From assembly GCA_963701025.1 (NCBI GenBank), contig OY969557.1:36849-100848 (forward strand): a stretch of 64,000 bases of DNA, given 5' to 3'. How positions within the stretch are numbered: the first letter of the stretch is position 1; the number at the start of each line of letters is the position of its first letter. A model generated the notes under the pieces. It saw nothing but the letters and a program-made list of their open reading frames with translations. It was not told the origin of the DNA and did not search any database. This DNA is from an uncultured bacterium. GTDB lineage: Bacteria > Patescibacteriota > Minisyncoccia > Phycocordibacterales > PALSA-1337. This document shows, one piece after another, positions 43,472 to 52,912 of this stretch. A program made the translations under genes and the position numbers.

Positions 43472-44002
43472 TTAAGGCCGTGCATGAGCGCACCGCTTGC
43501 AAACCCCGAAGAGCTCGAGCGAATGGGTGTTGATGCTTTGGAATGTTGAATGCTTCAAGATGCCTCTAGTCGCATTCTCCACATCGCATCCCTCAAAATC
43601 CTCGATCATGCCGCATTCCGTGCATACGATGTGGTGATGATGGTCCAGGGCGAGCTCATAATACGCCGATTCTTTATGTATATCCAAGCGTCGTATGATG
43701 TCGGCCGCTTCAAAAGAGGCGAGCGTGCGGTATATGGTCACAAGGTTGACGTCTCTTTTCTTCAGCTTCTCGCGGATATGATCCGCGTTAATGGGTCTGC
43801 GGTCGGCAGAAAATACATCAAGGATAGCCCACCTAGCCGGTGTGTTCTTCAGGCCATTTTCTTTGAGCATGGCGGAGAAGTCTTTTGACATATACGAACA
43901 TATTAAGCCATCGGCCTCTGTGGATGTCTTGTTATATTCAGCGTACTGGCGCAACAGCGTATTCAACTTTCCTTTTGTTTGCGGTGATTGAGAATGCTTC
44001 AT
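43472..44002 (-). CDS. Fur-family regulator (Zur-like); alternative start at 43891
   Basis: TPARWAIL, LVTIYRTL, HHHHIVCTECG, ELFGVCKRC. Confidence 0.92.
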   Translation of the reverse strand: MKHSQSPQTKGKLNTLLRQYAEYNKTSTEADGLICSYMSKDFSAMLKENGLKNTPARWAILDVFSADRRPINADHIREKLKKRDVNLVTIYRTLASFEAADIIRRLDIHKESAYYELALDHHHHIVCTECGMIEDFEGCDVENATRGILKHSTFQSINTHSLELFGVCKRCAHARP

Positions 44003-44003
44003 G

Positions 44004-44837
44004 TTATTTCTTTTTCCCTACAATAATGGTATTGATAATGTCTTTTGATCTTCCGCTTCTGCGCACCACATCGATATTTTTAAGATGCTCGGCCGTGATC
44101 TCTGGGTAGAGGAGCGTGCCAAGATCGCTCACGCTTCGCATGACGATATGGGTGTTTACGGCACTCTTTCCGGCGATATGATCGATTATCTTTTTCTTTT
44201 CCTCGTCAGTCTCTCCCGCCAGAGCGGCAATGAAAATCGTCTGATATTTTGAGATATTTACCATATCGAGGATATTCCCCTTTATGACGCGGATTCTCTC
44301 CGAGAGACCCGACTTATTGACAAGGCTCTGCGAGAGTTTGCACGCCTCATCATCCATATCGAGATTGTCTATCAAGGCATCGCATTTTCTCGCCATCATG
44401 ATCGATGAGAGGGGTAGCGGTCCAGAGCCCACAAAAAGCACGCTATGCCCGTCATGTATGTCGCATAATCTCATGCTCTCGATCTCAAGGTCGGTCATGC
44501 GTTCGTAGTTCGAGTAATACGGAAAGAAGCGCAATATTTTGTCCGCGTCTCTCGACCGGAGAGCGCTTTTTACCCAGAATAGTTCGAGCTCCGTCTCGGC
44601 CTTTGCCGACATTTTACGGAGCCCGTTTTTAATCGAGCGTATTTCTTTGTCCTCCAAAATGTCTTTTGAATGATCCGCTGGAGTGTCGAGGACTATGCCC
44701 ACTAGTTCTCTAAAAGTGGAATTTATCTTTTCCGACGGTTCAAGGCTCTTTGCAGACAAAAGCTTCCCGTGAATGCCGAGAATTTTATCCCTTTTCTTTT
44801 GTGAAATTGCCCGTGTCATTTTGTATAAAAACTGCAT
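44004..44837 (-). CDS. Nicotianamine synthase family protein
   Basis: FPYYSNYERM, VLFVGSGPLPLS, IFIAALAG, RSVSDLGTLLYP. Confidence 0.88.
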   Translation of the reverse strand: MQFLYKMTRAISQKKRDKILGIHGKLLSAKSLEPSEKINSTFRELVGIVLDTPADHSKDILEDKEIRSIKNGLRKMSAKAETELELFWVKSALRSRDADKILRFFPYYSNYERMTDLEIESMRLCDIHDGHSVLFVGSGPLPLSSIMMARKCDALIDNLDMDDEACKLSQSLVNKSGLSERIRVIKGNILDMVNISKYQTIFIAALAGETDEEKKKIIDHIAGKSAVNTHIVMRSVSDLGTLLYPEITAEHLKNIDVVRRSGRSKDIINTIIVGKKK

Positions 44838-44873
44838 GATCCTGATCGGTCAAAGATCATGCAGGTGGATCTA

Positions 44874-46538
44874 TTAATCGTTACCACACGGTCTGCTCAT
44901 GAGTTTGATTGCGATTGTTTCGGATTCGCGAATCCTCTTCAGAGCCTCTTGCCACTTGACGCGAAGTTCTGGCGTGTATGCAAGAGATAAGCAGTGTTCA
45001 GCGGCTCTCCGTGCGTGCGACGGATAATCCCCATGCTCGATACCATAGAGCAAGACTTCTAGGATTTCGTCACATTGCCACGATGCCCGCTCAGGATCGG
45101 AGTTAAGGCTCTTGAGGGAGTGAATCCCTTCGGCCGCCATAGCTCCAGGTTTCAGCCTTTCGACTGTCGAGACGAGTCCCTGTCCGAAGAAGTCTCCGTG
45201 GCGGTTTGTCCACCACACCATCGATACGCCGAGCTCGCGCTGGTTGGTCGCAAGTTCATGGGGGACGATCTCGGCTTTCCGGTTTCTCACGATCTCCGCG
45301 CACGAAACCCAATATTCCATACAGTGCTTCAGGACCCTCGGGAACCATTCGTCAATGACGTACGGTCTCCGCGACATCTCCTTCACGAGTTGGAGCTCTT
45401 CCGGGTGAGTGATGATGCTGATCCCCTTACTGGAAGGGAGCACTATCGCCTCATGAGGGATCTTTGCCAGGATGGCCTTGATGGCTTCGACGGTCTCTTC
45501 CCGAGTCGCAGTCTCCTTGCGTAGAAGCTGGTAGCCTTGGCCTTCCTCGCCTGGCATTTTCTTCATGGCAACAAGTGTTGCCAATTCAGGAAGATCCTGC
45601 TTGATATCCACTTTCCTTGAAGTATAGAACGTCACGAACCGCCGTGAGTCTTCGACTGTCTGCTCCCAATCGCCGTGCACCTCGTTGAAAAGATGACCGT
45701 CGATTGCTCCCTTGATCCTAAGCAGGAAATCTTTCCCGGCAAACGCCTTTCGGAGATCGTAAAGAGTCGTTTCCTGACCAAGATCGTAGAAGTAGGGATA
45801 CATATTATGAACATGATGTTCGTGATGAGCGTGATTATGGTGATGACCGCAACTGCATCCCGCGTGATGCTCATGGCCATGATGATGGTCCGTCCGACTT
45901 ACCGAAAGCCCCATTCTCCGTTTCGCCCCTTTCTCAAAGAGGTTAAGGATTAGATCCGGAATCTCGGGACCATTCGGAATATGGACGACCGGGATACCAG
46001 GGTTCTCCTGTGCCACGAATTCCAGCACGCCACCCGATTCATCCCAATCCAAGAGGGTGTGAATCTGGTGCATGTGCTTGGTAAGGCCCACTGCCAAGGT
46101 TGCTGCCCTTACTTGGCTCTTGATCACATCGGCATATCTTACAAGATCGAGCCGGTGGTGCTTTTGCGAAAGCAGGCAGAGGATATGGAACGGATACGGG
46201 CACGATTCGAGGAAATCCCTAGTCTCGTTTCCGGCCGTGATGCCGAAGCCTTCCAAGAATACCCAAGTGATATGCGATTTCTCGAGTTTCGCGAGGGTGT
46301 CCTTGAGGTCCGCGGTATCGGAACAAGTAAAGCATCCGTTGGTCATTGCGACCACTTCGGCTGACCTGCGCGCGAGCTCGCCGTCGATCAGGGCACCCTC
46401 GTCATTTACGACGTAGGCGACCTTATCTCTGGTGGGGAATCCACGGGATTCCAGAGCCTGAATTACGTTCAGGACAAACGTCGTCTTGCCGGCTCCCAGG
46501 GGGCCGACAGCGGCGAATAACTGCATGGCTTTTTTCAT
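44874..46538 (-). CDS. COG0523/CobW-like G3E GTPase metallochaperone with His-rich linker and extra C-terminal domain
   Basis: GPLGAGKTT, VVNDEG, NGCFTC, FLEGFG, HHHGHEHHAGCSCGHHHNHAHHEHHVH. Confidence 0.85.
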   Translation of the reverse strand: MKKAMQLFAAVGPLGAGKTTFVLNVIQALESRGFPTRDKVAYVVNDEGALIDGELARRSAEVVAMTNGCFTCSDTADLKDTLAKLEKSHITWVFLEGFGITAGNETRDFLESCPYPFHILCLLSQKHHRLDLVRYADVIKSQVRAATLAVGLTKHMHQIHTLLDWDESGGVLEFVAQENPGIPVVHIPNGPEIPDLILNLFEKGAKRRMGLSVSRTDHHHGHEHHAGCSCGHHHNHAHHEHHVHNMYPYFYDLGQETTLYDLRKAFAGKDFLLRIKGAIDGHLFNEVHGDWEQTVEDSRRFVTFYTSRKVDIKQDLPELATLVAMKKMPGEEGQGYQLLRKETATREETVEAIKAILAKIPHEAIVLPSSKGISIITHPEELQLVKEMSRRPYVIDEWFPRVLKHCMEYWVSCAEIVRNRKAEIVPHELATNQRELGVSMVWWTNRHGDFFGQGLVSTVERLKPGAMAAEGIHSLKSLNSDPERASWQCDEILEVLLYGIEHGDYPSHARRAAEHCLSLAYTPELRVKWQEALKRIRESETIAIKLMSRPCGND

Positions 46539-46577
46539 TCAGTCTCTCCTAATGGTTGGTTGTGAAATGATCAATCA

Positions 46578-46677
46578 ATGCAAATGTTTGCATCTGAGTA
46601 GCACTGTACACTACAATTTATCTAATTGCAAATGGTTAACACTTGAGTTGCCATACTATTTATGAAAAAGGATTTCA
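46578..46677. promoter_or_regulatory. Candidate Fur/Zur operators in the divergent promoter region
   Basis: ATGCAAA-TG-TTTGCAT (46578-46593) and TGAAAAA-G-GATTTCA (46663-46677). Confidence 0.45.
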
Positions 46678-46718
46678 GATTGATTTTGAAATCTGTTTAA
46701 TCTGTTATACTTCAGTCG

Positions 46719-47882
46719 ATGAGACTTCAGACTAAACAGGCCATCTCTCTGGCGATCTTTCTTGCCGGGAGCTTTCTTGTATGTGATACCGCCCACGCAC
46801 AACAGCCTAGTTCTGACCAGACGACCGTGATGAAGGCGCAAGTCATCCAGGTCATAAGCCAGAAGATGGAATATGTTCCAAGCACGACCACTGATCAGAT
46901 GCTCCAGGTAAGGATCATCAACGGTTCTGAAGAAGGGAAGACCGTAACCGTCGAAAACGACTCGATCATCTTCAAGGCGGGTGATATCGTCTATCTGACC
47001 CATCAGGTCGATTCTCTTGATAACCTAGATACGTATTATATTTCCGACGCGTATCGCTTGCCTTGGATATACGGTCTCGTCGGGCTTTTTGTTCTTTGCG
47101 TGCTCATGGTCGGCGGCAAGCAGGGATTACGAGGGCTGGTCTCTCTCGCCTTGAGCTTCTTCGTGATCGCGTACGTGCTTTTCCCCTCGATCATCCACGG
47201 GTTTTCTCCGGTTCTCATGAGCATCGGAGTGGCGTCGCTCATGATCATACTCGGCTCGTATATCACGCACGGTTTCAACAAGGTCACGACGTCCGCGGTG
47301 ATCGGCATGGTTCTGACCATCATATGCACCGGTCTTCTCGCGTATATATCGATCCACGGCGCCAAATTGACCGGTTTTTCCAGCGATGAATCCCTGTCCC
47401 TTAACATAGATACCAACGGATCGATCGATCTTGCCGGGCTTCTTCTTGGCGGTATCATCATCGGACTGCTCGGCGTGCTATATGACGCCGCCATCGGCCA
47501 GGCGGTCGCGGTGGACGAACTGCACAAGATCGGACCTCATTTATCGAAGAATGTCATATTCAAGCGGGCCCTTCGCATGGGACGTGAACATATTGGCGCT
47601 CTCGTCAACATCCTGGCCATTGCCTATGTCGGCGCTTCGTTGCCCCTCCTGCTCCTATTCTATCAATCCGGCGCTGATTTCAGTCTGACCGTCAATAGCG
47701 AGATATTTGCCACGGAGATCATACGTGCAATGGTCGGTTCTATAGGCTTGATCTTGGCAGTGCCCGTTACGACCGCCATCGCTGTCTTCATGCTGATAAA
47801 AAGGAAGAAAGCTAGCCTCGAGGATCCGCACATCATCGCCGGTGAAATGCGGAAAGTCGATGAGTTAGAGCATGTGCATTGA
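46719..47882 (+). CDS. YibE/F family membrane protein
   Basis: GIIIGLLGVLYD, GREHIGALVNILAIAYVGASLP, EIIRAMVGSIGLILAVPVTT. Confidence 0.9.
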   Translation: MRLQTKQAISLAIFLAGSFLVCDTAHAQQPSSDQTTVMKAQVIQVISQKMEYVPSTTTDQMLQVRIINGSEEGKTVTVENDSIIFKAGDIVYLTHQVDSLDNLDTYYISDAYRLPWIYGLVGLFVLCVLMVGGKQGLRGLVSLALSFFVIAYVLFPSIIHGFSPVLMSIGVASLMIILGSYITHGFNKVTTSAVIGMVLTIICTGLLAYISIHGAKLTGFSSDESLSLNIDTNGSIDLAGLLLGGIIIGLLGVLYDAAIGQAVAVDELHKIGPHLSKNVIFKRALRMGREHIGALVNILAIAYVGASLPLLLLFYQSGADFSLTVNSEIFATEIIRAMVGSIGLILAVPVTTAIAVFMLIKRKKASLEDPHIIAGEMRKVDELEHVH

Positions 47883-47902
47883 TTTGAAAGGAAAGGTTCA
47901 TG

Positions 47903-47974
47903 TAGCCCTACGGGGAATCGAACCCCGATTACAGCCTTGAAAAGGCCGTGTCCTGACCGTTAGACGATAGGGCC
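47903..47974 (-). tRNA. tRNA-Glu(TTC)
   Basis: Anticodon arm CGGCC-TTTTCAA-GGCTG; T loop GTTCGAT. Confidence 0.93.
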
Positions 47975-48038
47975 ATAGCGTGGCACCACAGTATCATTTT
48001 TTTGAAAAATCGGCAAAAGATGCTAAGGTTGTACGCAC

Positions 48039-48128
48039 GGAGAGGTGGCAGAGTGGTCGAATGCACCGCTTTCGAAAAGCGGCAGGGGCGCAAGCTCCTC
48101 GGGAGTCCGAATCTCCCCCTCTCCGCCA
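48039..48128 (+). tRNA. tRNA-Ser(CGA)
   Basis: CCGCT-TTCGAAA-AGCGG, long variable arm, encoded CCA. Confidence 0.93.
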
Positions 48129-48146
48129 GCTGAAATCAATGGTCTA

Positions 48147-49070
48147 TTATTGTGCGTGTAAATACAGATAGATGTCTTCTACTGCCTTGACGGCGTCTCC
48201 GGCGGCTATGTTGTTCTGGTGGAACAAGCCGTCTGTGGCGTCTCCGGCGGCCCAGACGCCATCCACTGACGCGCGCTGATCCTTCGGGTCCGTGACGATG
48301 CGATTATACTCGTCCAGTTTGACGATGTCCTTGATGAAACCGGTATTCGGTAGAGAGCCGATCTCCGCGAATATGCCTGTCACTGGTAACTCCGTGTCCT
48401 TGCCGGTCTTGGCATCAGTGTAGACGATAGACGCCACGAATTTTCCGCCCTTGACCTCTTTCGGTATCGCGTTCGTGACGATCTTCACCCGGGGATTCTT
48501 GGAGACGGCCTCTATCGTGCCCGGATCAGCCTTGAAGTTTTCGGAACGATTCAAGAGGGTGACGCTCTTGCAGTAGGCCATGAGCTGGGCGGCCGTCTCG
48601 AAAGCCGCGTTGCCTCCGCCCACGACCGCCACGTCCTGGTCGGCATATAGCGGGCCATCGCAGGAAGCGCAGTAGACCACGCCTTTATTGTCGTATTCGG
48701 CTGCGCCTGGGATGGGAAGCTTGCGCCTGCTCGAGCCGGTCGTGACCAGAACTGTCTTGGCCTCGTATGAGCCCTTATCAGTCGTTATGTTGAATCCTGT
48801 CGAAGCCTTGGCGACGCCCTTCGCCAGTTCTCCTTCCTTGAAATCTATTATGCCGGTTGCATAAGCCTTGGCATGTGCTTCCAGTGCTTTCGTCAGGTCC
48901 AGGCCGCTTAGCTTGACTGTGCCGATCCAATTCTCCACGCCTTCGGAGACATAACTCTGGCCGAGCCAGTCCTTGGTTATGAAAACTGTCCGCAGGCGCT
49001 TCCTGGCGGCATATACCGCCGCCGCCGCTCCCGCCGGTCCGCCGCCGATGATAGCAAGGTCGTAGGTCAT
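48147..49070 (-). CDS. trxB: Thioredoxin reductase-like oxidoreductase
   Basis: IIGGGPAG, YCASCDG, VVGGGNAA, WAAGD. Confidence 0.9.
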   Translation of the reverse strand: MTYDLAIIGGGPAGAAAAVYAARKRLRTVFITKDWLGQSYVSEGVENWIGTVKLSGLDLTKALEAHAKAYATGIIDFKEGELAKGVAKASTGFNITTDKGSYEAKTVLVTTGSSRRKLPIPGAAEYDNKGVVYCASCDGPLYADQDVAVVGGGNAAFETAAQLMAYCKSVTLLNRSENFKADPGTIEAVSKNPRVKIVTNAIPKEVKGGKFVASIVYTDAKTGKDTELPVTGIFAEIGSLPNTGFIKDIVKLDEYNRIVTDPKDQRASVDGVWAAGDATDGLFHQNNIAAGDAVKAVEDIYLYLHAQ

Positions 49071-49086
49071 GTAATATGAGAGTTCC

Positions 49087-50322
49087 TTACTTCAATCTGC
49101 TTCTCCTCAAGAACGCCGGCACGGCACCCCAGTCATCGTCATCGTTGGCTTCGGGCTTTTCTGATTTTGCTTCCTTGCGCGCCATAGAAGCGGATTCGGC
49201 TTTTATGGCCGCGGGTGCGGCTTCTTTTTCCTTGCGGAGATCGGAGAAGGTATTGAATATCTTGCCACGCTCTTTGACGGCTGGGCGTTCGGCGCCGCGG
49301 GCGAATGGGCTAGCCGTAGCTTCTTCCGAAGCCGCGGGGCGAGCCGCCCGAGCCGCGGCCATGCTCGTCTCGGGAAAGCCGGTGGCTATGACCGTGACTC
49401 TGACCTCATTCTTCTTGAGCTTGTCGTCTCGCACGGTTCCGAAGATGATCTTGGCCTCGGGATCTATGGATTCGGTTATGACCTTGGCGGCATCTTGGAT
49501 CTCGAACATGGTCAGGTCCTCGCCGCCGGCGATGGAGAAGAGCACGCCCTTGGCTCCAGTGATGGAAACGTCGAGCAAAGGCGAATTGATGGCGGCCTTG
49601 GCGGCTTCGATGGCGCGGTTCTCTCCGGTGGCCGAGCCGATGCCCATCAAGGCCGAACCGGCATTCTCCATAACCGTACGGATGTCGGCAAAGTCTATGT
49701 TGATGAGGCCGGGGGTGGTGATGAGGTCTGATATGCCCTCGACGGCATGGCGCAATATCTCGTCGCACATGGCGAAGGCGTTCTTTACGGTGGTGTCTTT
49801 GGAGACAGACGAGAGCAGTCGGTCGTTAGGTATGACGATGATGGCATCTACCTCCTTGCGAAGCTCTTCTAGGGCCGTTTCGGCTATACGAGAGCGCTGG
49901 CGTCCTTCGAAGAAGAACGGCTTTGTGACTACGGCAACGGTCAAACATCCTAGCTCCTTGGCTACGCGGGCGATCATAGGGCTGGCGCCTGATCCAGTGC
50001 CTCCGCCTTCACCGCAGGTGACGAAGACCATGTCCGCTCCTTTTATGGCTTCTTGAATCTCGTCCCGGGTCTCTTCGGCGGCCCGTCGTCCGAGATCAGG
50101 GTTCATGCCAGTGCCGAGGCCTCGGGTGATGTTCTTGCCTATATGGATCTTCTTCTTGGCGAGAGAACCGTGAAGGTCCTGGGCGTCGGTATTTACGACG
50201 ATGAAATCCACGCCTCTGACCTTGGCGTTGATCATGTGATTGACGGCATTACGGCCGGAGCCGCCCACGCCGAGGACTTTGATGCGGGCGAACGTCTCGA
50301 TATCTGGAGTGATGTGGGGCAT
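49087..50322 (-). CDS. ftsZ: Cell division protein FtsZ
   Basis: GEGGGTGSG, INIDFADI, VPAFLRR. Confidence 0.98.
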   Translation of the reverse strand: MPHITPDIETFARIKVLGVGGSGRNAVNHMINAKVRGVDFIVVNTDAQDLHGSLAKKKIHIGKNITRGLGTGMNPDLGRRAAEETRDEIQEAIKGADMVFVTCGEGGGTGSGASPMIARVAKELGCLTVAVVTKPFFFEGRQRSRIAETALEELRKEVDAIIVIPNDRLLSSVSKDTTVKNAFAMCDEILRHAVEGISDLITTPGLINIDFADIRTVMENAGSALMGIGSATGENRAIEAAKAAINSPLLDVSITGAKGVLFSIAGGEDLTMFEIQDAAKVITESIDPEAKIIFGTVRDDKLKKNEVRVTVIATGFPETSMAAARAARPAASEEATASPFARGAERPAVKERGKIFNTFSDLRKEKEAAPAAIKAESASMARKEAKSEKPEANDDDDWGAVPAFLRRSRLK

Positions 50323-50414
50323 GGAAAAAGGGGATTAGTCTGGGGTATAGATAAGGGTTATATTAGCATATGAGGGGCGGTGCGCAAGAATGAAGAAGCC
50401 GCCGCCTTAGTTGA

Positions 50415-50948
50415 CTAAAGCGATGAAAGCAGAAGACAAGCTCCGGCCAGACTCACGATCATTTCCAACCAAAAAGATATCGTCTTCATATATACGCCGG
50501 TGACATATTTGAAATGGTGCGATGGTGACCCAGGTCGCGCGGCGATATTCTCCGGCGGCACTTCCTTCTTTAGAACAAAGCTCTTGCTCGATATCGGCCA
50601 AAGCCACATCACCCCGTATTCAATGGAGTCTAACATCAGATGGCTCCATGAACCAGCTAAGACGAGCCACCCGACCCATTCGGTGAAAAGCGATCCGAAG
50701 AAATATCCGGCGGCAGCGATCGCGAGGCTTATCAGAAGCCAAAAAAACGGAGCATGCGTGAAATAATCACGGTGATCTCCTTTGGCATCAAAATACCATC
50801 GGACAAGGTCGATATCCGGTAGTTCTCCGGCGAGCGTGCCGATGATGAGCAGAGTATCGGTCTCGGCGACGCTGAATCCGGGATGAGAGATCGCGAGCAA
50901 TGCCCGTGTCGCCAAGTATCCTCCCGCTAAATGTCCAGGCAGTACCAT
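50415..50948 (-). CDS. Membrane metal-dependent hydrolase (YdjM-like)
   Basis: PGHLAGG, LPDID, HRDYFTH, SHLMLD, WLWP. Confidence 0.85.
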   Translation of the reverse strand: MVLPGHLAGGYLATRALLAISHPGFSVAETDTLLIIGTLAGELPDIDLVRWYFDAKGDHRDYFTHAPFFWLLISLAIAAAGYFFGSLFTEWVGWLVLAGSWSHLMLDSIEYGVMWLWPISSKSFVLKKEVPPENIAARPGSPSHHFKYVTGVYMKTISFWLEMIVSLAGACLLLSSL

Positions 50949-50986
50949 GTTCGTAGCATTCTGATACGATTCGTTGATTCTTATTA

Positions 50987-52168
50987 CTATGGCAGGAATC
51001 TTCTGACCCAACGGATGGCCGCTTTCCAAGCGCTTTTCAATATCTTGGCCGAGCCGTCGATCTCGCTTCCTTCGTCGGTGTGGAGGCCCCAGATGCAGAG
51101 GCCGTAAGCCACGGCCCAAGTGCCGTCCTTGAACGAGGCCTTGTTCCCATTCTCGCTCACGGTGCCGATCCTTGACGGCAGGCGCAGAGCCAGACGGGCC
51201 ATGTCGTCGAGCGAATGCATACCAGAGCCGCCGCCGGTGATGACGATGCCCGCTGGCAGTAGGCCGTTCCGGCCGATCTTCTTCAAGTGCGCTTCGATGA
51301 GGTCGAACATGTCGGAGACGCGCGCCGAGATGATTTCTTCGAGCTTCTTCCTCGGATACGACGAGCCGGTGATGGCGCCGATCTTGATCTGCTCGGCTTC
51401 CTCCAGAGGCACCTTGAGACCGAGGGCGATGTCGTTGGTGATGTCGGTCGAGCCGATGGGAAAGACTTCGAGCGAAGTCGGGATGTTGTTCTCGAAGACG
51501 GCGATGGATACGGTCTCGGCGCCGATGTTGGCGAGAACGCAACCGGCGATCTTCTGGGCTTTGGACAGAGTGACGAAACCGGCCACGACCGGAGCGGCCA
51601 TGACGTCCTCGACCTGCACGCCTGCTTCATTGACGGCCTGTATGAGATCGGCTACGTGGTGGTCGAGGCAGGTGATGAAGAGGGTGGAGAGTTCTAGCTT
51701 ATTGCCGGAGAGGCCTTCCGGGTTGCCAAGGGAAGGGACGCCGTCAATAGTATATTGCAGGGGAATGCTGTATATGATGCGGCGGTTGGCGATGCCGGAG
51801 CGGGGGATGTCTTTCTCGCACTGCTCATGCAGGTGTCCCAAGTCCATGGAAGTGATCTCGGCGTCCGCCCGGGAAGTCATGATGGAACTTGAGACGATGA
51901 TGCCGGAGAGGCCGATGCCGCCTACGCCGACGAAAGCCTTCTTGACCTTGACCCCGGCTTTATTCTCGGCGATCGCGAGCGCGCGACGGATGCTCTCGGC
52001 CACGTCTTCGACATTGGTCACGTAGCCGTGACGCAAGCCGTGAGAGTCGGCCATACCGACGCCTACGACTTTGGGCAGGCCCTTGTCGTTCTTTTCCCGT
52101 GCGTCGGCGATGACGACTTTGACATGATAGGTGCCGACGTCTATTCCGGTGATGATATTGCGGGCCAT
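50987..52168 (-). CDS. ftsA: Cell division protein FtsA
   Basis: GIDVGT, NIGAET, DITNDIA, VITGGGS. Confidence 0.95.
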   Translation of the reverse strand: MARNIITGIDVGTYHVKVVIADAREKNDKGLPKVVGVGMADSHGLRHGYVTNVEDVAESIRRALAIAENKAGVKVKKAFVGVGGIGLSGIIVSSSIMTSRADAEITSMDLGHLHEQCEKDIPRSGIANRRIIYSIPLQYTIDGVPSLGNPEGLSGNKLELSTLFITCLDHHVADLIQAVNEAGVQVEDVMAAPVVAGFVTLSKAQKIAGCVLANIGAETVSIAVFENNIPTSLEVFPIGSTDITNDIALGLKVPLEEAEQIKIGAITGSSYPRKKLEEIISARVSDMFDLIEAHLKKIGRNGLLPAGIVITGGGSGMHSLDDMARLALRLPSRIGTVSENGNKASFKDGTWAVAYGLCIWGLHTDEGSEIDGSAKILKSAWKAAIRWVRRFLP

Positions 52169-52183
52169 GAGTGGGTAGGAAGC

Positions 52184-52582
52184 CTAAACGCCGAATTTCC
52201 GGCGTATTTGAGCCTCTATACCATCCATTGTACTCCCATGATCGTATCCTTTCAAATGTGCACAACCATGGATGAAAAGGTACGCGAAGAAATTCTCATA
52301 GGTACGTCCAAATCTTTTCGCTTCTTTTTTCGCCTCACCCGGGCAGATGTATATCTCGCCTTCGGTCTCTGAAAGAGGAAAGCTCAAGATATCGGTGACA
52401 ATCTCTTTGTCGCGATAAATAGTGTTGAGTTTTTTTATTCGCGCCGGACTGGTGACGATCAGAATCAAATCGTAACGCTTGCCGAGAATGGCGACCTTCA
52501 CCTTCTCAAATGAAAAAGGCGGCGTCTTGCCGCGAGTCTCATTGATAAGTCTGAAGTGTTTATTGACCGATCTTTCAATCAT
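52184..52582 (-). CDS. ybeY: rRNA maturation RNase YbeY
   Basis: TDILSFP, HGCAHLKGYDH. Confidence 0.93.
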   Translation of the reverse strand: MIERSVNKHFRLINETRGKTPPFSFEKVKVAILGKRYDLILIVTSPARIKKLNTIYRDKEIVTDILSFPLSETEGEIYICPGEAKKEAKRFGRTYENFFAYLFIHGCAHLKGYDHGSTMDGIEAQIRRKFGV

Positions 52583-52613
52583 TCAATTTTCCAATCTTCC
52601 AATATTTAATCTA

Positions 52614-52862
52614 CTACCTGCGTCCGCCGCGTTCCGGCTTGACCGGGGCCTTGCCCTGCTTGACCAGTTCGGCGAGATCCGACTTGCGCTTGATGGCCTT
52701 GAGAGCTTTTTGTTTGACCTTATAAGGGGATTGCGTGCGGCCGGAATAGCGGATCGAGCGCTTACGGCCGATGACGCCGGATGATTGGACTTTTCTGGAG
52801 AAGCGTCGGAGCATACTGATAGCATTCTCGCCGGCGTTGCGGGTGATCTCTACGTTTATCAT
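52614..52862 (-). CDS. rpsU: 30S ribosomal protein S21
   Basis: ENAISMLRRFSRKVQSSG; small and basic. Confidence 0.75.
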   Translation of the reverse strand: MINVEITRNAGENAISMLRRFSRKVQSSGVIGRKRSIRYSGRTQSPYKVKQKALKAIKRKSDLAELVKQGKAPVKPERGGRR

Positions 52863-52912
52863 TGTTAGGACAGAATAACACAGGTTAGAGTAGGGTGCAA
52901 ATATGTCGCACT

